From: Octopus sinensis
Taxonomy: Eukaryota
Assembly (NCBI RefSeq): GCF_006345805.1
Contig: NW_021836860.1
Span: 1 to 46,567, forward strand
Length of the DNA stretch: 46,567 nt
Direction: 5' to 3'
The notes under the pieces are model-generated. The model had not been told where the DNA came from. It saw only the letters and a list, made by a program, of their open reading frames with translations, and searched no databases. Of this stretch, positions 1 to 11,184 are shown one piece after another. Position numbers and translations under genes: made by a program. The first letter of the stretch is position 1. Each line of letters starts with the position of its first letter.

Positions 1-185
1 CTGGGGAGTGAGCCAGGCGCTTACATTGACCCCAGGCTCCAATCTAATCTGGCAGAGCTTCTACAGCTGGATGCCCTTCCTAACACCGACCACTCCGAGA
101 GTGTAGTGGGTGCTTTTACGTGCCACCGGCATTAGGGCCAGTCAGGCAGTACTGGTAACAGCCATGCTCAAGTAGTGTTTTTTAT
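1..185 (-). mobile_element. Fragment of abundant SINE-like/non-autonomous retroelement (truncated by window start)
   Basis: Contains ctacagctggatgcccttcctaac...ggtgcttttacgtgccaccggc. The GGAAGGGCATCCAGC motif (minus strand) is a recurrent retroposon body motif. Recognised by pattern only. Confidence 0.5.
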
Positions 186-194
186 GTTTTATAT

Positions 195-395
195 ATTTCT
201 TTATTGCCCACAAGGGGCTAAACATAGAGGGGACAAACAAGGACAGACAAAGGGATTAAGTCGATTACATGTGTAACTGGTACTTATTTTATCGACCTCC
301 GAAGGTTGGAAGAGCAAAATCGACCTCGGCGGAATTTGAACTCAAACCATAAGGATCGACGAAATGCTGTAAGCATTTTATTCGAGTATAATGTC
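195..395 (-). mobile_element. SINE family A (long-tail form), partial
   Basis: Reverse complement matches the GAGTTCAAATTCCGCCGAGGTCGA...TCGATAAAATAAGTACCAG body and the ...gccccttgtggg..ataaagaaata tail of the copies at 19623 and 43091. Confidence 0.85.
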
Positions 396-540
396 GAGTT
401 GTATTTCGCCCGGCACTTGAGTATTGGGGGGGGGGGAAGTCGATGTAATCGACTTAGCCCTTTTCCCAAAACTTCATGTCTTCTGCTTATAGCAGTGAAT
501 ATCATTACTACTATTATCATTAATATTATTATCATTATTA

Positions 541-753
541 AGACGGTGAGCTGGCAGAATCGTTAGAGCGCCGGTCGAAATACTTGGCGGCATTTCGCCC
601 ATCGCTACGTTCTGAGTTCCAATTTGGCGGAGGTCGAATTTGCCTCTCATCTTTTGGGGGGTCGATAAAGTAAGTACCAGTGAAACAATGCTGTCGATGT
701 ATTCGACTAGTCTCCTCTCCACAAATTTCAAACCTTGTGCTATCGTTGAAAGG
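541..753 (+). mobile_element. SINE family A (tRNA-like head, ATT tail)
   Basis: A-box-like TGGCAGAATCGTTAG, B-box-like GAGTTCCAATT, conserved body, ends gaaagg followed by (ATT)n. Confidence 0.85.
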
Positions 754-813
<60 letters not shown>

Positions 814-837
814 ATCATTATCATTATCATTATCATT

Positions 838-905
<68 letters not shown>

Positions 906-970
906 TATTATTATTATTATCATTATTATTATTATTATTATTATTATCATTATTATTATTATTATTACTA

Positions 971-1047
<77 letters not shown>

Positions 1048-1062
1048 GTTGTTGTTGTTGTT
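754..1062. repeat. (ATT)n/(ATC)n microsatellite grading to (GTT)n
   Basis: Direct reading. It is the source of the poly-N/poly-I ORFs in the track. Confidence 0.97.
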
Positions 1063-1065
1063 AAA

Positions 1066-1285
1066 GTGGCAAGCTGGCAGAATCGTTTGCACGACAGCTG
1101 TAATGCTTAGCGGTATTTCGCCTGTCGCTACATTCTGTGTTCAAATTCCACCGAGGTCGACTTCGCCTTTCATCCTTTCGGGATCGATAGATTAAGTGCC
1201 AGTTAAACACTGGGGTCGATGTAATTGACTGGCCACCTCCCACCAAATTTTAGACCTAGTGTCTATAGTAGAAAGGATTATTATT
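1066..1285 (+). mobile_element. SINE family A
   Basis: gtggcaagctggcagaatcgtt...gttcaaattccaccgaggtcgacttcgcctttcatcctttcggg...tagtagaaagg + attattatt. Confidence 0.9.
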
Positions 1286-1793
1286 GCTATCTTATTCTCT
1301 TTGCATTGCTTCTAACGCTGGAGATGTACTACGATGTCAGTTGTTCACTACCAGTGATCTAGGGTAATACATCTTATATTTCGAGCACCTTCCGGAGTAT
1401 TTGAGTGGTTCCAAGCAGTGCTGTTTTCTCCAAGTACTCCACCCTAATTGGAACCCCTATTTGTTCCATTTACTTCTCAAGATTTTTACTCACAGTTCCC
1501 TTCTCCGACAGTTATTGGCACCACTACCACCTTTTCTACAGACCACAGCTGCTTAACTTCCCAAGCTAACCTGTCATATCTCTCGACTTTTCTTTTTTCC
1601 TTATCGCATACCATGTTGTTTGCTGGGCATGCTATACCTATGATCCAGTATAGTTTGTTTTCTTTCTCAATAAACACTATATCTGGTTTCCAATTCTCTA
1701 TCACTTGGTCACACTGAATCATAAAATCCCACAGGATCTTTGGATTATCATTTTCGATGTTGCATATTTTGCTCTGTCAAGTTCATGCTTGTT
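1286..1793 (-). pseudogene. 3' end of R4/Dong-like (RLE-type) non-LTR retrotransposon: restriction-like endonuclease domain, stop and 3' UTR
   Basis: Minus translation ENDNPKILWDFMIQCDQVIENWKPDIVFIEKENKLYWIIGIACPANNMVCDKEKRKVERYDRLAWEVKQLW...VVVVPI and, after a frameshift, RVEYLEKTALLGTTQILRKVLEI* (stop near 1374). This matches the PD-(D/E)xK RLE C-terminus of R4/Dong-type LINEs. The second catalytic Asp is Gly here. Confidence 0.85.
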
Positions 1794-2346
1794 GAGAGAG
1801 CAGTGCATGCCATCAAAGTGAAACTGGGGTAAGATATACGAAGCCCGGTATACCCATCATGACTACCCGTCTGATAAGGGTACACTAGACACATACATCA
1901 CAACCATATGTGCGCGACATAGTGATCTCATATGAAGATAAACAGTGCATGGCCTTGCAGGTGGGGCCCAGTTAGAATTTTCATCTGGTTGAGTAACCCA
2001 TCCCACTCAAAAGGCCCCTGAATAAGGGTTGTTTAAGGATGTTGAACGAAACACCCATGTTTCCAGAGGTGAAATATTCAAACCCCAAAGAATCCCTCTC
2101 AAGACATGTCTATGATGCTCCCCCACTAATTCTGCTCGTGATCAGAGAAGCACATGTCATCAGCCACTAAGAGAAATGCTGAACTGGTTAAGGTCAAACA
2201 ACTGAAAGGCAAATCTGTGGTATTGAGCAGAATATTTGCTGCAGCCCATCTTTTATACCAAGACAAAACAATGTACATGATAACACTTCCAATCAGTTAA
2301 GATCAGAAGCCACGAGAGCCACTGCCTGGTACTGCATCAGGGCATT
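1794..2346 (-). mobile_element. ~550-bp non-coding repeat module fused to the R4/Dong fragment
   Basis: Complex non-coding sequence, bounded by (AAT)n at 2346-2365 and joined directly to the RLE fragment. Could be the 5' UTR of the same element or a separate non-autonomous element. Strand is inferred. Confidence 0.45.
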
Positions 2347-2365
2347 TATTATTATTAATATTATC

Positions 2366-2483
2366 ATTTTTGTTGTTGTTGTTGTTGTTTTTGTTGTTGT
2401 TGTTGTTGTTGCTGCTGCTGTTGCTGTTGTTGTTGTTGTTGTTTTTTTGTTGTTGTTGTTGTTGTTGTTTTGTTGTTGTTGTT
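2366..2483. repeat. (GTT)n/(GCT)n microsatellite
   Basis: Direct reading. Confidence 0.95.
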
Positions 2484-2905
2484 AGGGAAATTGAGAGGAA
2501 AGTGCTGTCCTCAAATGCTGTAGAGGGAAGTGCTGTCCCCGCGAGAGTTTATTGAAAGATGAGTGAAAGTTGCGAAAATAGCAAAAATGGATAGTACCTC
2601 TCTAAGTGTAGACCAGTGATTTGGAGAGAAGGAATTGGAGAGAGCACTTGCTCTTGGGGTTTCAGGGAAATCTCGGGCAGTGAGGTTCCTCAGTTATCCC
2701 TAGAGGCCTTCCTGTATCAGGAGGGCCACATCTCTATCATCCTCCTCACCATTTTTGTTGACGTTTCTATGCTAAGCAAGGTCCCTTTTTTTTCAGTATA
2801 TAACCTGTATACTTAATTTATTTCATTATACGTAAACACAGCACTTTATATCTGTCTTTGTATTGTCCCCCTCATTCTTCGCCCCTGTGGCAAATAAATG
2901 AAATA
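2484..2905 (+). pseudogene. Extreme 3' end of Tx1/L1-like LINE (ORF2 tail + 3' UTR), copy 1
   Basis: RKVLSPREFIER*VKVAKIAKMDSTSLSVDQ* aligns to RQVLSSECFKKRWVNVARMARMNDEATLSIIL* of the 37952 ORF. Ends gtggcaAATAAA. Confidence 0.75.
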
Positions 2906-3027
2906 ATCTTAATAACTACTATCCTTATAACTACTATCCTAAACTCACATCTTATTTTGCTGGATATGATGGAAAGTGTCAGCTGTCCACAGCCACCAGA
3001 CTAAGGTGACACTTGCTTACTGGCCAT

Positions 3028-3165
3028 TCGACTTTGCTTTTCATCCACTCAGTGGTCGATAAATTAAGTACCAGTGGCGTACTGTGTTCGATCTAATCAA
3101 CTGGCCCTCTTCCCAAAAATTTCGAGCCTTCTTCCTAGAGTAGAAAAGATTATCATTATTATCAT
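3028..3165 (+). mobile_element. SINE family A, 5'-truncated, degraded
   Basis: cgactttgcttttcatcc...gtcgataaattaagtaccag...gtagaaaag + attatcattatt. Confidence 0.75.
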
Positions 3166-3167
3166 TG

Positions 3168-3559
3168 ACTTTTTCAAGTTTCACCTGACAAGGAAATTGA
3201 GAGTGGAGAGTGAAATTCTATCCTCGAGTGAGTTTATTGAAAGGTGAGTGAAAGTTGCGAAAATGGCAAGAGTGTAGACCTGTGAGTTGGAGAGAAGGAA
3301 TTAGAGAGGACACTTGCTGCCGGAGTTTCAGGGAAATCTCAGGCAGTAGGGTTCCTCGATTATCCCTAGAAGACTTCCTGTATCAGGAGGGCCACATCTC
3401 TATCATCCCTCCCGCCTTTTTGTTTTTTACCTTTGTATGCTATAACGAATATTTTTACCTTCCCCTATTTTTATCATTTCAATATTATATGTAAACCTCT
3501 ACATTTTATGTCTGTCTCTGTACTGTCTCCTTCATCCTTCACCCTTGTGGCAAATAAAT
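3168..3559 (+). pseudogene. Extreme 3' end of Tx1/L1-like LINE, copy 2
   Basis: FFKFHLTRKLRVESEILSSSEFIER*VKVAKMARV aligns to FFKYHLKRKVRVERQVLSSECFKKRWVNVARMARM. 3' UTR is homologous to copy 1. Ends gtggcaAATAAA then (TAT)n. Confidence 0.8.
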
Positions 3560-3954
3560 ATTATTATTATTATTATTATTATTATCATTATTATTATTAT
3601 TATTATTATTATATTATTATTATTATTATAGTCGTTACATTTTTTTATACCTTTACATATTCTGAACTATCTCATTATATTTTATTGAGATTTTCTTTTC
3701 TAATAATTTCTTTCCAGATATATTTTTCAGAACAGCAATGAAACTTAGAGAGAATTTATTGTTTTTAACGTATCGAAACATGAATCCTGCAGAGACGAAC
3801 ATCCGTCCATCCCCGCTACCTGTGGTGCCGGACGTGAAGGGGGACAGTAATATACAAGCGAAGAACTTATTATTAACGGCCCTCGGGGAAACTTCCTTAT
3901 TTCGTTCTCATATCTGGAACGTTCTTTTTATTTGCACATATAATTATGAGTAAA

Positions 3955-3980
3955 TATGTGTATGTATAAATGTATGTATG

Positions 3981-4035
<55 letters not shown>

Positions 4036-4036
4036 G

Positions 4037-4070
<34 letters not shown>

Positions 4071-4331
4071 GTGTGTGTGTGGTGTGTTGTGTGTGTATAT
4101 ATGTATATATGTATATGTAAATAAACACACATACATATATATATGTATGTATGTATATATATATGTACATGCATAAGTGTGTGTGTCTTGTCGTGTATAT
4201 ATAAATGATATATACGTATGTATATGCGAATACAAAATAAATATATTTATATGTATATATGCATATGTATGTGTATATATGTATATATATTCGTCTATAT
4301 GTTTACATATGTGTGCGTAGGTAGGTATATA

Positions 4332-4386
<55 letters not shown>

Positions 4387-4518
4387 TGTGTGTGTGTGTA
4401 AATGCTATATACGCATGTATATGCGAACACAACATATATATATAATATTTATATATATACATATGAACGTGTATAAATGTATATATGCGTATATATGTTT
4501 ATATATGTGTGTGGGGGG

Positions 4519-4553
<35 letters not shown>

Positions 4554-4730
4554 TACTGAAGTTGCCCTCTGTTGCTACTTCATGATGGTATGTTTGTGTG
4601 TATATATGTACGCACGCATACACACACAAACTCTCTCTCTATATATATAGACAGACAGAGAGAGATTGTGTGTGTATGTGTACATATGTATTATATATAT
4701 ATATATACATACACAAACACATATATATGT
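3955..4730. repeat. Compound (TA)n/(TG)n/(TATG)n microsatellite field
   Basis: Direct reading. Confidence 0.95.
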
Positions 4731-4946
4731 TTAATTTCATTGGAACATATTTTACTTAATTTATTTAAATTTCATTTTATTTAAACTTCATTTTTATATT
4801 TCGTTTTTCTTCACTTTTTTTGCGTCTTTTATTTTCATTTCTGTATCTTTTTTTTATATATATATTTCCAAAATTTTAAGTCATTAACTTGTCATTCCCC
4901 AATACAATATCCACCACCATCGCCACCCTAAACGCCACCAGAGCTA

Positions 4947-5106
4947 ATCTAGTAGTAGTAGTAGTAGTAGTAGTAGTTAGTAGTGATGTTAGTGGCAGTG
5001 GTAATGACGGTTGTGGTTGTTGCGGTGGTTGTGGGTGGGTGGCACTGGTGGTGATGCTGGTGGTGGTGGTGGTGCAGGTGGTGTTGGTGGTGGTGGTGGT
5101 GGTGTA
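4947..5106. repeat. (TAG)n/(GGT)n low-complexity tract
   Basis: Direct reading. Confidence 0.9.
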
Positions 5107-5599
5107 GCCATTTTATCTTCTCTCGTTGTTTCATTTCGGTTCACTGAGCCGTTGTAGACAATTCTCAGCATTACTAATTTGATTATGTTTTGGCATTTCA
5201 CTTTTTTTGTTTTTTTATCTTCTTCTCCATCGTCACTTCCCTTCTTCCTCCTCCTCTACCCTCCTCCCCTCTTCCCCCCTTCCCATCGTTTTTTTCTCTT
5301 CGTCTTTACTTTTCCTCCTTTCCTTCCTATACTCTCGTCCATCTCTTCTCATTTTCTCTTTCATATTTTATTTCTCTTATCATTCTTTTTCGGATTTATT
5401 TATTGAAGTTAAAGTTAGGTTATAGTTTTTTTTTTTGTTTAAATTTCATTTTATCTTTTCGCCTTTTTGGTCTCTATCTATTTCATCAAGTTTATTTCAC
5501 CTTCACCTTAACTCACACATGATTAATAACAAGAAAAAATATCATTAACAACAACTCCAATAGCAAGAAATCTCTCAATATTACTAATAATTGTTTCCA

Positions 5600-5815
5600 A
5601 ATACAAGCACAGGGCCTGAAATTTGATGGGGAAGAAAGGTGTTAGTCGATTTCATTGACCTCAGTGCCTGACTTGTGCTTTACGTTATCAGCCCCGAAGG
5701 ATAATAAGCAATGTTGACTTTGGTGAGGTTTGAACACAAAACATAACGAGACAGAAGAAATACTGCAAAGCATTGTCACAATCGCCATAATGATTCCGCT
5801 AATCCATTGTCCTTC
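5600..5815 (-). mobile_element. SINE family A, old degraded copy
   Basis: caagcacagggcctgaaattt...gtcgatttcattgacctcagtg...ccccgaaggat...gactttggtgaggtttgaac is the reverse complement of the family A layout. Confidence 0.65.
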
Positions 5816-5855
5816 TTAATTGCTCTTTCAGCTTAGGCATATATATATATATATT

Positions 5856-5930
<75 letters not shown>

Positions 5931-5936
5931 ATATAT

Positions 5937-6105
5937 ACGACGGGCTTCTTTCAGTTTCAGTCTACCAAATCCACTCACAAGGCTTTGGTCGTTTCGAGGC
6001 TATAGTAGAAGACACTTGCCCAAGGTACCACGCAGTGGGATTGGACCCGAAACCATGTGGTTCGTAAGCAAGCTACTTACCACACAGCACACACCGCTCC
6101 TGTGC
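5937..6105 (-). mobile_element. SINE family B head/body
   Basis: Reverse complement: aggagcgg...gtggtaagtagcttgc...catggtttcgggtccaatcccactgcgtggtaccttgggcaagtgtcttctactatagcc...gacggaaactgaaagaagcccgtcgt-type body, then (TA)n. CCTTGGGCAAGT resembles the start of the CORE-SINE domain. Confidence 0.9.
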
Positions 6106-6120
6106 CTATATATATATAAT

Positions 6121-6156
<36 letters not shown>

Positions 6157-6881
6157 CATACATACATACATATCATGGGATATAGAGTGTAATTCCGCAT
6201 TGCCACAACAGGATCAATAACAAGTTGCTACAAAATATACATAAGACTCGGCACTACGAAGCGAGATGGTATCAATTTACTGACATCATCTGGTCTGGAC
6301 TCTTATATAAACCAGACAATATAAGTACAGACTGTAATGTTTATTAATATATGACTGACAAAAGAAAACAAGTTACGTAATCGAATCCATTAGCTTACAA
6401 CTGTTCCGGCTGCGAGGAACTGTGCACAAAGTTTGGGTTCGTGTGCAACATCTTATAGCTTCAGCAGACCCTTAACATATGCGTGTGTGTGTGTCTATAT
6501 AAGAATATGTTTTTGTATCTGGTATGTGTTCTTCTATAGTACATCATAGAATTAAAACGAATCACTTCTAAAACTTACCAATACAGACATACATACAGTC
6601 ACGTACAATATATTCGTAATTCGCAGTTTGAATTTCGATACCCCTCACCACACACACACACAAATTTTATTCTATTGGAACAACAGTCTTTTATAGATGT
6701 GGAAACGAAAATATCTCTAATTTCATCACGTTCAACTTTGGTCTTTCATTGTCATCGCTGTCGTTGTTAATAGCATCAACGTCATCATCATCATCATCAT
6801 CATATCATCATCATCATCATCATCATCATCGCCATTATCATCATCATCATCATCATCATTTTCTACTATAAGTTGAAAAAT

Positions 6882-7063
6882 GGTTAGCGGCATTTCGTCC
6901 GTCTTTACGTTCTGAGTTCAAATTCCGCCGAGGTCGACTTTGCCTTTCATCCTTTCGAGATCGATTAAATAAGTACCAGTTACGCACTGGGATCAATGTA
7001 ATCGACTTAACCCTTCCTTCCAAATTTCAGGTCTTGTGCCTTTAGTGGAGAGGATTATTATTA
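6882..7063 (+). mobile_element. SINE family A, 5'-truncated
   Basis: ttctgagttcaaattccgccgaggtcgactttgcctttcatcctttcg...gagagg + attattatt. Confidence 0.9.
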
Positions 7064-7066
7064 TAA

Positions 7067-7470
7067 GACGCAGGAGTGGCTGTGTGATAAGTAGCTTGCT
7101 TGCCAACCACATGGTTCCGGGTTCAGTTCCACTGCGTGACACCTTGAGCAAGTGTCTTCTACTATAGCCTCGGGTCGACCAAAGCCCTGTGAGTGGATTT
7201 GGTAGACGGAAACTGAAAGAAGCCCAACATATATATGTATGTGTGTGTATATGTTTGTGTGTCTGTGTTTGTGCCCCCCTCCTACATTGCTTGACAACCG
7301 ATGCTGGTGTGTTTACTTTCCCGTAACTTAGCGGTTCGGCAAGCGAAACCGATAGAATACATACTAGGCTTACAAAGAATAAGTCATGGGGTTGATTTGT
7401 TCGACTAAAGGCTGTGCTTCAGCATGGCCGCAGTCAAAATGACTGAAACAAGTAAAAGAATGTAAAAGAA
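7067..7470 (+). mobile_element. SINE family B, full length with internal microsatellite
   Basis: tRNA-like head gcaggagtggctgtgtgataag...gggttcagttcc, body, (TA/TG)n, tail ...cagcatggccgcagtc...gactgaaacaagtaaaag. Confidence 0.9.
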
Positions 7471-7478
7471 ATTATTAA

Positions 7479-7684
7479 GGCTGCGAGCTGGCAGAAATGT
7501 TTGCACACCGGGCGAAATGGTAAACGGTCTTTCGTCTGCCGTTACGTTTTGAGTTCAAATTCCGCTGAAGCCGACTTTACCTTTCATACTTTCGTGGTTG
7601 ATAAAATAAGTCCCAGTTATGCAGTGGGGTTGATCTAATCGACTAGCCCCTCCCCCATATTTGAGACCTTGTGCCTATAGTAGA

Positions 7685-7722
<38 letters not shown>
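7479..7722 (+). mobile_element. SINE family A with (TAT)n tail
   Basis: ggctgcgagctggcagaaatgtttgc...gagttcaaattccgctg...tagtagaaag + (TAT)n. Confidence 0.9.
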
Positions 7723-7765
7723 GTAGTAGTAGTAGTAGTAGTAGTAGTATTAAAAGGGCACTGAG

Positions 7766-8095
7766 GGTGGTGAGCTAGCAGAATCGTTAGAACGCCGGAT
7801 AAAAGGCTTAACGCGACATTTCATCCGTCTTTATATTCTGCGCCGAAGTCGATAAAATAAGTACCAGTTACGCACTGGGGTTGATGCAATCGACTCACGC
7901 CTTCTCTAAAATTGCAGAAACTGTGTGAAAATTTGAAGATCATTATTAAAAAGAACGCCGAATTGCAAATCATTAAATCTTCGAACAAAATGATTTGCGA
8001 TATTTGTTCCGGCTCTTAAATATTTTTAGTTCAAATTCCCCCGAGGTTACCTTTAGCCTCTAATCCTTCCTGGGTCGATAAAATATAGTACCAGA
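7766..8095 (+). mobile_element. Two further degraded/internally deleted SINE A copies in tandem
   Basis: ggtggtgagctagcagaatcgttag... (7766) and a second head/body ...agttcaaattcccccgagg...gtcgataaaatatagtaccag (about 7950-8095). Confidence 0.7.
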
Positions 8096-8184
8096 CTTTA
8101 TGTAAGCCACATGTTCACCTTGTGTCTAAGTGAGAAGATATCATTATTATTATTTTCATCATCATCATTGGTAGTATGTTTTTT

Positions 8185-8488
8185 TTTGTTCCTTCTCGAA
8201 CCATGCCTGGCTGATAAGGGCCGGTTTCCCGGTTTCCTTGGCGTATAGGTTCCCCACCTAGACGGGACGCCGGTCCATTGCAGGTGAGCTGCAAGATGCA
8301 GAAGGAAAGAGTGAGAGGAAATAGTTGTAGCGAAAGAATCAGCAGAAGTTCGCCATTACCTTCTGCCGGAGCCGCGTGGAGCTTGGGTGATTTACTCATA
8401 AACACACACATCACCCGGTCTGAGATTCGAACCCGCGATCCCTCGACCGCGATTCCCCTACTCTAACCACTAGGCCATGTGCCTCCAC
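8185..8488 (-). mobile_element. SINE family C head with tail type 2
   Basis: Reverse complement starts gtggaggcacatggcctagtggttag (A box)...gggttcgaatctc (B box), shares the gctccacg.ggctccggcag body with 19078, then a different tail ...gaaaccgggaaaccggcccttatcagccagg. Confidence 0.85.
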
Positions 8489-9857
8489 ATTGGTAGTATT
8501 AATATCGTCATTCTATTATTGTTACTTTCTATGGACTGTTGTGTGTTTTTTGCGTATTTAATTTGAAAAACTATTAGGAAATCGATGCAAAATACTGCAT
8601 ATGATGAGCATCGTTGCTATATTTTATATCAAGCTATTAATAACAGGCAGCGATTGTGGAGATTGGTTTATTTAGACGCTTGTTAATCTCCGAACTTCGT
8701 GTAGACAGATAAAAGTTAATACGTTAGGAAAACACTAGCGAGCAATAATTCCATGTATAACATGATATAAAATGGCATCAACAAACCGTAGGATAAAAAT
8801 AGTGAAGTTATCCGAAACCTAATGAAATCTCCGTCCTTAAACAAACAACGCACAGGAAACGGTCGACAACTGATGTTAAACTACAGTCGTATAATAAAGT
8901 ACACAGTCGTCGCTCTAGTCACATAGATGACTCACAAAATATACCATTGCTGATTCGCCCTAGTCTGCTTAGCTTCTGCGAGGACTGTAACCGATCAATT
9001 GTACAAGTATGCACGGCGGCGTGACTACTCATATATGGGGAGTATTAATGGACGGCAGCGGAGACAGTGACTGGATCTTTCACAGATATAAGTTCTAAAT
9101 TGCTTTGTATTTTTGTATGCATTCCGGGAATAATATTCCAGGATGTTTGTATCCTTTAGATCTATATGATACAATATTTACCTGTGTAGTCACTCTAGGT
9201 ATTATTTTTGGAATAATATCTTTCCTGTGAGAATTCTATTAATGGTTCTCAGGCATCCGCTTCGTCATTTGTTCGTTTCTTTATTATTTTATTTTGGTTT
9301 TTGTTGTTTTGATTTATTTTTTTCCTCCAACATATTCTTGAATTCTTTTAGCTTCTTTTATTCCTTTGCATGTTTTAACAATTAGACCGCTGCCATGCTG
9401 GAGTACCGCAGTCAACCGATCAGTCAAATTCTTCATCATCATCATCATCACTATTGAGTTTATCGATTGGTACTTACTTTCTCCACAGACAATTATTTTT
9501 ATTGGCCGAGGATGATAAAAGGCAAACAGTTCAATGGCAATATCAGCAGCTTTAATTCACAACCTCCTACGCCAACTCTTGCCTGCCATGGCTGTTCCAT
9601 CGACTACAAGAGAAACAGCGGAGTCAGACCAAGAGTTTCCGCCTATGCTGTGTAGAATGGCAAAGAGGTTTTCAACTCTTTAGCGATATCCACTCAGCTA
9701 CAAGAATTCAGACCCAATTACTAGTCTAAAGATGCCCGCTGGCACCAATCTCAAAAAGCGAAGGAAATACTTCCAAAGGTTTCGTCTCACACTCGTTAAT
9801 TCCTGACGAATTTACTTACCTTTTCAGCAACATCATTTTGGAGTATAGATATATATT

Positions 9858-10052
9858 TGTGTGTGTATGTGTGTATGTGTACGTGTGTGTGCGTTTGTGA
9901 ATGTGTGTGCGTCTGTGCGTGCGTGTTTGTGTGAGTGTGTGTGTGTGTGCATGCGTGCGTGCGTATGTGTGTGCTTGTGTGTGTGTGTGCGCGTGCGTTC
10001 TGTTCGTGCGCGTGCGTTCTGTTCGTGCGCGTGCGTTCTGTTCGTGCGCGTG
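9858..10052. repeat. (TG)n field ending in a 19-bp minisatellite gtgcgcgtgcgttctgttc x3
   Basis: Three units at 9987-10043 plus a partial fourth. Confidence 0.9.
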
Positions 10053-10142
10053 TTGTAAGGTGTGTAACTAAATGGTAAGTGGTCAGCACGCGATCTTATG
10101 CTCATGGGTTCGACTTTCAGCTCCGATAAATCGACAATTCTT

Positions 10143-10325
10143 TTCTACTCAAGACACAAGGCCCGAAATTTTGAGAGAGGGTGGGGGCAGTCGATTAAAT
10201 CGACCCCAGTATGCAACTGGTACTTAATTTATTGACCCTAAATGAATGAAAGGGAAAGATGACAACGGAGGAATTTGAACTCAGTATGTAAAAAGAGACA
10301 TAATACCGCTAACCATTAGGCTGCA
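10143..10325 (-). mobile_element. SINE family A
   Basis: ttctactcaagacacaaggcccgaaattt...gtcgattaaatcgaccccagt...ggaatttgaactcag. Confidence 0.85.
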
Positions 10326-10567
10326 CCACTCTTTCGTGAATTTGTTATTAAGTGGCAACGTAAAAGACCCAGTAACTGTTTCGCCCTCTCCCATCCCTAG
10401 TCGTTCGATTGGCATCAGGTAAAGCAATGATTCTTAACCATTTATTATCTATGAAGCATCATTAATTCCTATTTCACTCGGGTGGATAACCGTAGCCATT
10501 CAGTGTTTAAAAAAAATCTTAGGACCCTATAAGGAATTGTATAAAAGAAATTGTTAATTTGTTATAG

Positions 10568-10790
10568 GCACAAGCGCGGCTGTGTGGCAAGAAATTTGGT
10601 TCAGTCCCACTGCGTGACACCTTGGGTAAGTGACTTATATTATACTCAGGTGCTGGACAAGGCCTTGTGAGTGGATTTCATAATCAGAGACTGAGATACA
10701 TACATACATACATACATACATACATACATACATACATACATACATACATACATACATACATACATACATACATACACACACACACATATA
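10568..10790 (+). mobile_element. SINE family B fragment followed by (TACA)n
   Basis: ggcacaagcgcggctgtgtggcaag...cagtcccactgcgtgacaccttgggtaagtg...gtgagtggattt. Confidence 0.75.
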
Positions 10791-10795
10791 CACAT

Positions 10796-10924
10796 ATGGA
10801 TTTGACGGATATTTGTCCTCATCTTGTTTGTTGTTAACACATTTCGGCTGATATACCCTACAGCCTTCATCAGGTGTCTTGGTTAAATTTCGAACCTGGG
10901 TATACCTAAGGTATTTTTAGATGA

Positions 10925-10986
<62 letters not shown>

Positions 10987-11057
10987 TTGCTGCCTGGAAT
11001 CGAACTCGGAATCTTGGGGTTAGTAGCCCACGCTCTTAATCACTACGCCATATGCCC
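10796..11057 (-). mobile_element. tRNA-headed element with (AAT)n spacer and hammerhead-containing tail
   Basis: Minus strand: gggcataTGGCGTAGTGAttaag...GAGTTCGATTCC head (11057-10983), (AAT)n, then acacCTGATGAaggctg-tagggtatat-cagccGAAAtgtgt. The tail is homologous to 38730-38870. Confidence 0.7.
10837..10877 (-). ncRNA. Minimal type I hammerhead motif, probably inactive (cleavage triplet deleted)
   Basis: CUGAUGA core, 5-bp stem II and GAAA are present. It lacks the GUU triplet seen in the 38764-38807 copy. Confidence 0.55.
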
Positions 11058-11184
11058 GTCAAATGTAATTAATGTAACAGACCTCTCATACGCACTAATA
11101 CTCTCTCATACACACACACACACTCTTCTCATACACACACACACTCTTTTCATACACACACACACACTCTTATGTTGGAGCGAG

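Noticed and set aside
9467-9850. Perfect GTAAGT donor-like sites on the minus strand (about 9473-9478 and 9814-9819) and a + acceptor at 9488
   Set aside because: No matching acceptor or convincing reading frame, and no recognisable protein.
10983-11057. Possible tRNA-Ser(ACT) gene
   Set aside because: The acceptor and anticodon stems pair poorly and there is no oligo-T terminator. Treated as a SINE head.
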